Positions 15,128-23,729 of a stretch of DNA of 27,089 nt are shown in pieces. Within the stretch, counting starts at the first letter, position 1. Every line of letters begins with the position of its first letter. The notes under the pieces were generated by a model. That model was given only the letters and a program-made list of their open reading frames with translations. It had not been told where the DNA came from and made no database searches. The translations under genes were made by a program, and so were the position numbers. Origin of the DNA: an uncultured Candidatus Peribacteria bacterium. GTDB lineage: Bacteria > Patescibacteriota > Gracilibacteria > UBA1369 > UBA12463. Location: assembly GCA_964358735.1 (NCBI GenBank), contig CAYHPV010000002.1, positions 1-27,089 on the forward strand, in the 5' to 3' direction.

Positions 15128-15376
15128 ATGAACATCACCTCTCAAAAATTCGCTCAGCTCCTTAGAAACTCAACGCTCAGTAAAGATGAGCAGCTCGCCA
15201 TTCTAAACCTCTTGGCTACTCTAAACGAAGATCAAGTTATCGTACTGGCAAAAATTCTGGAAACTGACAATAAAAATCAGCAAATCACCTTCGAAAACGC
15301 CTCATCAAAGCGTGATGAAATTCTCCTGAGATTCAAGCTCGATCTCAAAAATATCGAGAAGGGATTGAAGGGGTAA
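15128..15376 (+). CDS. 82-aa helical hypothetical protein
   Basis: ORF 20 nt after the large gene; amphipathic helices. Confidence 0.75.
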   Translation: MNITSQKFAQLLRNSTLSKDEQLAILNLLATLNEDQVIVLAKILETDNKNQQITFENASSKRDEILLRFKLDLKNIEKGLKG

Positions 15377-15403
15377 TGTCAGATTACAGACTCGTCACAA
15401 GCA

Positions 15404-16660
15404 CTACGCCTTTCCCGCCTCCACCGTCTCAATTTTTCCAATTACCAGATCTCGAAACTCCGTCTCAGGAGGAAGTTTCGTTCCTTTGGCTAAGGTAATT
15501 TTTTCATGAGTCTCGTTATCTTTTTCAAATTTCTGAACGGAACCATTCGCCAACTTCACCTCACCGGGCTTCGCAAAACGAATAGCAGCCACATACATAT
15601 CTGCCGGAAGAGTCACCTCAGCTTTAGCAATAAAACGCTTTTTAATAGTTTTCGTCTGACCAGGAACCACTCCTTCAAATAACTTCGCAAACGTCGGCTG
15701 ATCTTTGAGATCTTCAAGTTTTCGATGATCGAGAGCTCCATCAGTCAGCTCGGCCAGATGGTCGGCAGCCTGATCAACATATTTACCAAACCACTTCGTC
15801 CCACGCAAAACATCGACAAGGCCTTTTCCAAGTCCAATACCAAGAAAACCAAAGATAATGCCCCAGGTACCAACCCCAGCAAACGCTTCATTCATTTTTG
15901 CCTCATCGCCACCAAAAACAAACTGTTTCAAAACCCCCTCCACGCCAGGATTTTTTTCACGGAATTCAGCTCGTGCCTTCGCAACCGCATCCCCTTGCTC
16001 TTTTTCGCTTCCTGCCTTAGCAGCACTCTCCTGCTCAGTTTTCAAAGTAGCATCCGCCTGTTTTTGTACCGCTTCCATTCCAAGCTTCACCGCCTGATCA
16101 TATTTTTGCTTATTCACCGGATCCATATCAAGTATCACAGCTTTTCCATTTTCGATTTTAAACTTCACCTGAATACTGTCATCCGCGCCATCCGTCAAAA
16201 TATAAGGATATTTGAGCATAAGTGCATCCACATAGGATCCAAAAAATTTATCCATAAAAACCGCAACAGCATTGGCTTTTTCAGCCTTCTGGGAATCATT
16301 GGTTTCAGGCCACCTCGAGACAACCTCCTTCGCACGAGCAAAGACTCGATCAAGGCACGTTTGATTATCTTTTTTGGTAAAAGGCACATCGGGTGACCAA
16401 GCCTCCATTTCCTTGGCAACCTTATCAAAAAGAATATTCTTCTCCGAATCCACGAGCGGAACCGTAGCAGAAAGTGGTGGAACCACATTACTTTTTAGAG
16501 TATCAAGTTTACCACGAGTACCGGCATGAGCCTCTCGTTCAGCATCCTCTCGAGCTTTTTGAAGTTCTGCTGGGGTCGGCTTCGGTGCTTCAGCTTTTGG
16601 AGCCGGAGCCTTCGGTGCCTCCACGACCGCCGGTTTTGGTGTCTCTCCTGGTGCTGCCAT
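15404..16660 (-). CDS. 418-aa hypothetical protein with Pro/Ala/Lys-rich N-terminus and one hydrophobic Gly-rich helix
   Basis: Long ORF; APKAPAPKAEAPKP start; GTWGIIFGFLGIGLG segment; own promoter. Confidence 0.8.
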   Translation of the reverse strand: MAAPGETPKPAVVEAPKAPAPKAEAPKPTPAELQKAREDAEREAHAGTRGKLDTLKSNVVPPLSATVPLVDSEKNILFDKVAKEMEAWSPDVPFTKKDNQTCLDRVFARAKEVVSRWPETNDSQKAEKANAVAVFMDKFFGSYVDALMLKYPYILTDGADDSIQVKFKIENGKAVILDMDPVNKQKYDQAVKLGMEAVQKQADATLKTEQESAAKAGSEKEQGDAVAKARAEFREKNPGVEGVLKQFVFGGDEAKMNEAFAGVGTWGIIFGFLGIGLGKGLVDVLRGTKWFGKYVDQAADHLAELTDGALDHRKLEDLKDQPTFAKLFEGVVPGQTKTIKKRFIAKAEVTLPADMYVAAIRFAKPGEVKLANGSVQKFEKDNETHEKITLAKGTKLPPETEFRDLVIGKIETVEAGKA

Positions 16661-16691
16661 ATAAGTCCATGAAAAAATAATGCTTCAGGTA

Positions 16692-16720
16692 AGTATACCA
16701 TAAAACAGCTTCGGGAACAA
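16692..16720 (-). promoter_or_regulatory. sigma70 promoter for the 418-aa gene
   Basis: TTGTTC(16720-16715)-17 nt-TATACT(16697-16692) with TG extension. Confidence 0.6.
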
Positions 16721-16806
16721 GATGTTCATGTGAAAAATAAAGCTAAAATTCTTCATATGAAGAAAATCAAAGCTGAATCTAACCAATGAGTCAGTCGGTT
16801 ACCCCC

Positions 16807-18072
16807 CTACCCCATCAACTTCTCAAATCTCCCCGGATCGTCATACGGCCCAATCACCGCGAGATACATTTTATAGAGAGAAAAAATATCTTCGGCCAGC
16901 CGTCGAACATCCTCAACCGTCACAAGATCCACCGCAGCGGCTATAGCATCCGGATCCTTCGTAACGCCATACAGTACCTGATATTTTCCAAGCAAATGCG
17001 CATACTCCTCAGAATCCTCCAATTTCAAAATCATTTTTCCCTTAATAAATTCCTTTGTTTTCAAAAGCTCTTTTGCAGAAATGGTCTCACTCGCAATTTT
17101 TTTATACTCATCCACGACCGCCTCAATCGCCATATCGATTCGCTTGAGATCGACTCCGGCATTGGTAGAAAAAATTCCACAATCAGTAAAACCCTCAGCC
17201 GCTGAGCCAATATAGTAGGCCAGACCCTTTTCCTCGCGCACCGAAAGAAACATGCGAGAGCTCATGCCCGCGCCAAGCGCGACACTCAGCACCTTGCTCA
17301 CCCAAAAATCCGGATGAGACTCGGCAACCTGCGGAAAACCAACGCAAATATGCGACTGCTCTGTTTTTCTTTCGCGTAAAAATACACGCTTACCGGTATT
17401 AAATGGCTCAAGAGAAGCCTGAACACGTGTCGCATCACCAGTATCCATCTCCGTAAAATATTTTTCAATCATCTTCACCACATCTTCATGATGAATATTT
17501 CCAGCCACAGAGATAACCGTATTCTTCGGAACGTACAGCGATTTCTTGAACTCCACAAACTCATCTCGCGTACAGCCCGTAATAACATCTTTGGTACCAA
17601 CTTGATCCCATCCCATCGGCTGATCCCCAAAAAGCAACTGCTCAAAATCCCAACCAATCTGATATGTCGGTGTGTCCTGATACATATTGTACTCCTCCAT
17701 AATCACGCCTCGCTCCTTATCAATTTCCGCGGTATCAAAGGTCGCATGAATCAGCATATCCGAGATCACATCAAGTGATGTATCGAGATGATTTGCTGCA
17801 GCCTTCACGTAATATCCGACATACTCTTTTCCCGTGAACGCATTGAAATCTCCACCAATATTATCAATAGTTTCAGAAACCTCGCGGGCATTTTTATACC
17901 GCTTCGCCCCTTTAAAAAACATATGTTCCAGAAAGTGCGAAATCCCATTTATTTTTTTCGTCTCAAATCGGGAACCGGCTCTCACGAGGACAAGCACCGT
18001 CGCCGCCATCGTATTTTCAAGTCGCTTCGTCACCACACGAAGGCCATTGGGAAGCGTTGTCAAACTGATCAT
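16807..18072 (-). CDS. M16 (pitrilysin/MPP-like) zinc peptidase
   Basis: Inverted zinc motif HFLEH, NAFT, ERGVIMEE, MSSRMFLSVREEKGLAY. Confidence 0.95.
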   Translation of the reverse strand: MISLTTLPNGLRVVTKRLENTMAATVLVLVRAGSRFETKKINGISHFLEHMFFKGAKRYKNAREVSETIDNIGGDFNAFTGKEYVGYYVKAAANHLDTSLDVISDMLIHATFDTAEIDKERGVIMEEYNMYQDTPTYQIGWDFEQLLFGDQPMGWDQVGTKDVITGCTRDEFVEFKKSLYVPKNTVISVAGNIHHEDVVKMIEKYFTEMDTGDATRVQASLEPFNTGKRVFLRERKTEQSHICVGFPQVAESHPDFWVSKVLSVALGAGMSSRMFLSVREEKGLAYYIGSAAEGFTDCGIFSTNAGVDLKRIDMAIEAVVDEYKKIASETISAKELLKTKEFIKGKMILKLEDSEEYAHLLGKYQVLYGVTKDPDAIAAAVDLVTVEDVRRLAEDIFSLYKMYLAVIGPYDDPGRFEKLMG

Positions 18073-18149
18073 AATTGTAAGTAAAAAAGTGAAAAACAGC
18101 TTTAAAAAGCCCGTTCAGAATACGCGTTCGATTGATTCAAGTCAAAACC

Positions 18150-18178
18150 TTGCCTTATCGAATCAAAAATGATACAAT
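18150..18178 (+). promoter_or_regulatory. Promoter of the Fic gene with candidate operator
   Basis: TTGCCT(18150-18155)-17 nt-TACAAT(18173-18178); imperfect inverted repeat GAATCA-aaaa-TGATAC at 18160-18175. Confidence 0.65.
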
Positions 18179-18190
18179 TACAGTACAAAT

Positions 18191-19255
18191 ATGAAACAAT
18201 TAATTAAAAATCAGCTTTCGCCACGACAGGAGATTTTGATTCAATTCATACAATCTCACTCACATGCGACGAATAAGGAGCTGCTCAACCACCTGCAGCA
18301 GTACTTCGAGATGATTTCTCGCCCAACGATTATTCGGGATCTCAATGACCTCATTGCTAAAAATCTCATTCTCCGTCACAGCCAGGGTCGAGGCGTCTGG
18401 TACGAATATGGTGTGCGCGAACTCCTTGCATGGATGAATCCTGAAAATTACTTCAAGGTAGAACCGGATCAGCGATTACTGAAACCGGGGCGACTTGATC
18501 TTACGCAGTCAAAAGAATGGGGAAATGTCTTCTCGGCACAGGAAAAAGCTCAGCTCGAAGAAAAAACAAAAACGCTCCAGGGCCATATTCAAAACTATAA
18601 TGGAGCAGCACTGAAAAAGGAACTCGAAAGAATAACTATCGAATTCGCGTGGAAATCCTCACATATCGAGGGTAATACGTACACCCTTCTTGATACAGAA
18701 CGTCTCATCAGGGAACATAAAGAAGCTCCAGGGAAACAGCACGGTGAAGCTCTCATGATTCTCAACCACAAAACCGTCCTCGAGTATACCTGGACGCACG
18801 CAGAAGACTATCAACAAGTTACTGTGAAACAAATTGAAGAACTTCATGATCTGATAAGTAAAGATCTTGGTATAGAAACCGGTATTCGAAAAAAACCTGT
18901 CGGTATCATTGGAACCGCCTACCTACCGCATGATAATCAATTTCAAATTCGCGAAGCACTTGAGCAGCTCGTAACGCTTATAAATGACATAAAAGATCCA
19001 TACACCAAAGCGCTTATCGCTCTTGGGGGCCTTGCGTACATCCAGCCCTTCGAAGACGGCAACAAACGGACATCACGCACGCTCACGAACGCCATTTTGA
19101 TCGCCTACAACTGCTGTCCCCTCTCGTATCGCAGTATCGATGAAATCGAGTACAAAAAGGCCATCATTATCCTCTACGAACAACACTCAATTGCCTACCT
19201 GAAGCAACTTTTCATGGAACAGTACGAGTTCGCGGTGAAGAATTATTTTCAGTAA
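18191..19255 (+). CDS. Winged-HTH + Fic-domain protein with His-to-Gln change in the Fic motif
   Basis: N-terminal SRPTIIRDLNDL HTH; inhibitory SSHIEG; motif IQPFEDGNKRTSR. Confidence 0.92.
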   Translation: MKQLIKNQLSPRQEILIQFIQSHSHATNKELLNHLQQYFEMISRPTIIRDLNDLIAKNLILRHSQGRGVWYEYGVRELLAWMNPENYFKVEPDQRLLKPGRLDLTQSKEWGNVFSAQEKAQLEEKTKTLQGHIQNYNGAALKKELERITIEFAWKSSHIEGNTYTLLDTERLIREHKEAPGKQHGEALMILNHKTVLEYTWTHAEDYQQVTVKQIEELHDLISKDLGIETGIRKKPVGIIGTAYLPHDNQFQIREALEQLVTLINDIKDPYTKALIALGGLAYIQPFEDGNKRTSRTLTNAILIAYNCCPLSYRSIDEIEYKKAIIILYEQHSIAYLKQLFMEQYEFAVKNYFQ

Positions 19256-19366
19256 AGCGAATACCGTTCCAAAACAGGGGTAAAGGCATCACAAAAAAGC
19301 ATTGAAGCAACACAAAGCTAATATACAGCTTCAAAAAATGGCTCCACTCCCCTATACTATACTCCT

Positions 19367-21808
19367 ATGGTCGAAGCCCGTCGTCCCAAATCTCCGGTAA
19401 ATCGCCTGAAAGTTATTCTGATTATTCAGGGTGTGATTATTGGAATAATTATTATGAAACTTTTCTGGCTGCAGGTCGTGCGTCAGAATTATTTTCGCAC
19501 CGTCGCCGCAAAAGAGCACTCCGGCTACACTGAGCTCCCCGCTCGTCGCGGAGAAATTCTCATGCGTGATAATAACTCAAAAGATCTTTATAGAATCGCG
19601 ACCAACACGACACTCGATCTGGTATACGTCGATCCAACCCTCGTAAAAAATCCGGATAAGATCGTGGAAACCTTGGCACCCATACTATTTGATCCGAAAG
19701 AAGCGCGCGAAGAAGACACGGCCCGCATGGAAGAAGAAAGAAAAAAGCTGGAACCGATTTTGACGGAAATTGAGAAGCAAGAGAAGGAGCTAAAAGAATT
19801 AGAAGAGCGAAAAAAGAAAGAGGTGGCTCCTACTATTGCAGAAAGTACTTCCCCGGTTCCCATCGCCACAACTCCCGTCGCCGATTCTCCCAAAGTCGAA
19901 CCCCTTAAACCAACCATCCAGCTCACCGCCGAGCAGCAAATTATTTTAAAACCGCTCACCGACGACGAACTTAAAGAAAAATTCCGACAGACACTCCAGA
20001 CAAAAATCACCTCAAAAACAAGAACGTATATTCTTCTTGGAACGGATATTGATGAAAAAGTTATTGAAAAAATTGCCGAGAAAAATCTCCCGGGAGTAGA
20101 TGCAAGAGAAAAAAGTGTGACGATTTATCCACTGGAAATCCAAAATAGAGGCCACGTTTTTGGCGCGCTATCAGACACGCTCGACATCTCCGAGTCTCAG
20201 ATCCTGAAACTCGTAAATAGTAAAAACCGCTACGCTGTTCTCAAAAGAAAAATATCGCCCGAAGCATCGGGAACCATAAAGGAACTTCTGAAGAGTGACA
20301 AAGAGGGGGCATTTGCCGGCCTTGGAATGCAACCGGAGTATTACCGCTACTATCCGGAAAAAAGCCTCGCGGCAAGTGTCATCGGTTACGTCAACAGCCT
20401 TGGCATTGGCCTTTACGGAATCGAGAGCAAATTCAACGTGCAGCTCCAGGGGAAAAAGGGCATATTCCAGACACAAAAAGACTCGATCGGACGGCAGATC
20501 ACCGTGGGAGAAAGTACGATTCAACCCGCCGTCGACGGAGACAATATCGTGCTCACCATCGACCGATCAATCCAGATGAAACTCGACAAAATCATCGAAC
20601 GCGGCGTAAAAGACAATCGAGCCGACGATGGACTCGCGATCGTCTACGATCCCCAAACCGGAAAAATTATTGCCATGTCGCACTATCCATCGTTTGATCC
20701 GAACGAATATAGCAAGGTATACGAAAAAGAAACGATCAATCTGAAACCGGAAGAAGTACAGCGACTCGTCGCGGTAGAAGAAAAAACCGGCCATTATACC
20801 CTCATCACCGACAGCCAGACCGGTATGAAAATCAACATCTTCAAAGAAGTCTATCGAGATGGAACGATTAAATATAAAAAATATAAAAATACCATCGGCG
20901 CCGAAGTCTACCACAATAAATCCGTCGCGTGGCCCTACGAACCAGGATCAGTCTTCAAGCCGCTCGTCATGGCCGCCGCCATCGACGATCACGACGTGAC
21001 GCCAAATACCCAATACAATGACTCCGGCCCAATTAAAACCGATGAATATACGATCAAAAACGCTCTGGAAAAATACTATGGAACCATCACGATGACGCAG
21101 GTATTGGAAAAGTCTCTGAACACCGGTATGGCCTTCATCGCGAGAAAAATCGGGAGAAATCTTCTGTATAACTACATCATGAAGTTTGGATTCGGTGAGA
21201 GAACCGACGTCGAACTGGACAACGAAGCCACCGGAAAAATCGAACACTTCACCAAGTGGGCCGAGTCGGAACTCATCACGCACGCCTTCGGACAGGGTAT
21301 CACGGTAACTCCGATGCAGATGGTCACCGCGTACGGAGCACTCGCCAATAAAGGGACCATGATGCAGCCATATATCGTTGAAGAAATTCAACAGGCCAAT
21401 GGAAAAATAATCAAAAACGATCCACATATCGTGCGACAAGTGGTCGGTGAAGAAACGGCAAATATGGTAACGGAGATGATGATCAGCGCCGTCGAACGCG
21501 GGGTGGCGACGCACGCCGCGGTTCCGAATCACTACCTCGCCGGAAAAACTGGAACCGCGCAAACCTACTATCGAGGAAAACCTCTCACCGGACCTGGGAC
21601 AACCCTCGCATCAGTGGTCGGCTACGGCCCCATAGACAAGCCACGATTTGTGATTCTCGTAAAACTCACCCGTCCGAGACTGAGCGAGTGGGCCGACGCC
21701 ACCTCCGCTCCGATTTTTTCACAAATAGCAAAATTTCTCTTCGATTACTACAACATTCCACCGGACAAAAAAACATTCATCCCTCCAACCGCGATTGGAG
21801 TGGAATAA
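19367..21808 (+). CDS. Class B penicillin-binding protein (PBP2/FtsI-like) with insertions
   Basis: N-terminal TM, RGEI; EPGSVFK (SxxK), SLN (SxN), KTGT. Confidence 0.95.
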   Translation: MVEARRPKSPVNRLKVILIIQGVIIGIIIMKLFWLQVVRQNYFRTVAAKEHSGYTELPARRGEILMRDNNSKDLYRIATNTTLDLVYVDPTLVKNPDKIVETLAPILFDPKEAREEDTARMEEERKKLEPILTEIEKQEKELKELEERKKKEVAPTIAESTSPVPIATTPVADSPKVEPLKPTIQLTAEQQIILKPLTDDELKEKFRQTLQTKITSKTRTYILLGTDIDEKVIEKIAEKNLPGVDAREKSVTIYPLEIQNRGHVFGALSDTLDISESQILKLVNSKNRYAVLKRKISPEASGTIKELLKSDKEGAFAGLGMQPEYYRYYPEKSLAASVIGYVNSLGIGLYGIESKFNVQLQGKKGIFQTQKDSIGRQITVGESTIQPAVDGDNIVLTIDRSIQMKLDKIIERGVKDNRADDGLAIVYDPQTGKIIAMSHYPSFDPNEYSKVYEKETINLKPEEVQRLVAVEEKTGHYTLITDSQTGMKINIFKEVYRDGTIKYKKYKNTIGAEVYHNKSVAWPYEPGSVFKPLVMAAAIDDHDVTPNTQYNDSGPIKTDEYTIKNALEKYYGTITMTQVLEKSLNTGMAFIARKIGRNLLYNYIMKFGFGERTDVELDNEATGKIEHFTKWAESELITHAFGQGITVTPMQMVTAYGALANKGTMMQPYIVEEIQQANGKIIKNDPHIVRQVVGEETANMVTEMMISAVERGVATHAAVPNHYLAGKTGTAQTYYRGKPLTGPGTTLASVVGYGPIDKPRFVILVKLTRPRLSEWADATSAPIFSQIAKFLFDYYNIPPDKKTFIPPTAIGVE

Positions 21809-21831
21809 GCAACACGCGAATCGTATAACAA

Positions 21832-22443
21832 TTAAAATCGCAGTCCCTTAATTTTCCCCCACACCTCATTCGCCATCTTCCAATCGAGATGGTTCATAAA
21901 ATCTTCGAGGTATGATTTTCGATCACTCCCATAGTCGATGAAGTAAGCATGTTCATACACATCCAGCACGATGACGGGAATCGCACCCCACACGCCACCC
22001 TGATTGTGCATGTCGCCAATGTAGTTATGAAGTCGTCCATCATTGGTATCGTAGGCCAAAACAGCCCATCCGCGAGCCGACATACCACAGGCTTTGAAAT
22101 CAGCGATCCACGCATCCACCGATCCAAATTCGGCACTCAAGGCCTCCCCAAGCGCACCCGAATCTCCAGAACTCTGCCCCTCTCCACCGAGCACGCTGAA
22201 ATAATCTTCATGCAAATAGACACCATTTGCCGCAAATGTTTCTTCTAATTTAAGTGCACGAAAATCACTAAACGTCACATTATTTCCAAGCGCGCGATCA
22301 ACACTTTTCAACTTCTCCTCGATCTCATTTTTTTTATTCACATACCCGACATACAATTTATCATGATGGATCTCCAGCGCTTTTTCAGAAATATTTCCAA
22401 CACGTCGAAGAGTGAACGGGAGTGGCTTGGCATCGTACGACAT
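21832..22443 (-). CDS. sod: Fe/Mn superoxide dismutase family protein
   Basis: IHH, NGVYLHE, DVYEHAYFIDYG metal ligands. Confidence 0.93.
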   Translation of the reverse strand: MSYDAKPLPFTLRRVGNISEKALEIHHDKLYVGYVNKKNEIEEKLKSVDRALGNNVTFSDFRALKLEETFAANGVYLHEDYFSVLGGEGQSSGDSGALGEALSAEFGSVDAWIADFKACGMSARGWAVLAYDTNDGRLHNYIGDMHNQGGVWGAIPVIVLDVYEHAYFIDYGSDRKSYLEDFMNHLDWKMANEVWGKIKGLRF

Positions 22444-22548
22444 AAAAAATAGTTAATAAATAATGGTAATTTCGGTATCAGCATACTCTTTTCAGGGTAT
22501 GACGCAATAAAGATATTTCCTCTTGTCGTGATAAAGCAAACAAACTAC

Positions 22549-22647
22549 TATAATACCAAGAAGTTATTGAGAGATTTTTTTCTCACCCGTACGTCACATC
22601 ATCTTCACCCTCACTCGGACCCTACTTCTCAAAAAAGTGGGGTTTTT
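22549..22647 (+). ncRNA. Candidate orphan ~85-nt transcript with own -10 box and terminator
   Basis: TATAAT 22549-22554; TGAGA/TCTCA hairpin; terminator CCCTACTT-7 nt-AAGTGGGG-TTTTT (22620-22647); no ATG ORF; -35 weak. Confidence 0.35.
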
Positions 22648-22666
22648 AAAAGTGACATAAAAACAA

Positions 22667-23629
22667 TTACAGTGCATGGAGTTCGATAAGACCGGCGCGT
22701 ATGTTACTCATTCCATCATCCACATTCTGAAATTTTTTCGTTGTAAGTGCCTGTTGGACACGCTTGGCATTCATCGCAAGGACATCAAGGATTTGGACAG
22801 CGCCATCGTGTCCATCATAGATCGCTTTTACCTCGGGAAACACAATATCAGAAGAGCCTGACTCGGCAATTTTTGTACTCACTTGCAGGGTACGCCAGGT
22901 GGTCTGACCCGCAACCGCACGTCGAAGACCGGGCATAATATCGAGACCTAAATAGTGAAGATACTCTTTGGCCTGAGGAGGCTTCGGTTCAAAATGACGA
23001 AATTTTTCAGGTATCCCAAGTGCATTATCAAAGAACTGACCAAAAGGATTTCGAAATGGAGCATTAGAGGCGAAAATAGAAAAATTCTGAGGAGAGAGAC
23101 CGGGAACTGAAAACTGAATATGGTCGGCAAGCGATGTACTCGTAGCCATATTACGAGGCTTCGGAGCCACAGAAAGTGGCGTAACTCCATCCATATCGAG
23201 TACACCATCAGAAAATTCGCGCCGATGTTGCAAAAGATAATCATGAATAGTGTTCCACTCGTCATGGGTACACTCAGCATACCGCATCTTTCCTTGAGGA
23301 AGTGGTGCGACATGTACTCCCATCTGCTCCAAATGCTCTACAAGCTGCTGGGCATCGCCCTCAAAATGTTTATCGTCCGAGCCAATAGCGCCAATGAGTT
23401 GACGCATACATGATCGAATTTCGACATCTCGAAAAAATCGCATCATAACCAATCTCTCCTCTTCCTGCAATCCATCAAGAGTTTGCGTTGCGGTAGCGAG
23501 AACGCGCGGAGTATCGGACGAAGAAGGAACGGAGATTGAACGAGAACTTGAGGGAGAAGGGTAATAAGTACCAGGAGAATCAACATCAACATGAGAACTA
23601 TGAGAACCAGAATCAGAACGAGTATCCAT
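22667..23629 (-). CDS. 320-aa hypothetical protein, paralog of 23730-24716
   Basis: Long ORF; Ser-rich N-terminus; collinear blocks shared with its neighbour. Confidence 0.8.
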   Translation of the reverse strand: MDTRSDSGSHSSHVDVDSPGTYYPSPSSSRSISVPSSSDTPRVLATATQTLDGLQEEERLVMMRFFRDVEIRSCMRQLIGAIGSDDKHFEGDAQQLVEHLEQMGVHVAPLPQGKMRYAECTHDEWNTIHDYLLQHRREFSDGVLDMDGVTPLSVAPKPRNMATSTSLADHIQFSVPGLSPQNFSIFASNAPFRNPFGQFFDNALGIPEKFRHFEPKPPQAKEYLHYLGLDIMPGLRRAVAGQTTWRTLQVSTKIAESGSSDIVFPEVKAIYDGHDGAVQILDVLAMNAKRVQQALTTKKFQNVDDGMSNIRAGLIELHAL

Positions 23630-23729
23630 ATAAGAACAGATTAAGAATACCAGAATTCAACAATAAGACAACGTTGCCGCTTCGTCAACAACGTAGCAGC
23701 ATTTCAAAAAGAATCACCGAATTTTAGCT

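Noticed and set aside
16575-16635. Repeated GCACCGAAG/APK units
   Set aside because: Short low-complexity Pro-Ala-Lys linker within a CDS; not a separate element.
23530-23630. GAGAAC/CAGAA-type short repeats
   Set aside because: Reflect the Ser-rich N-terminal coding sequence of 22667-23629; no regular array.
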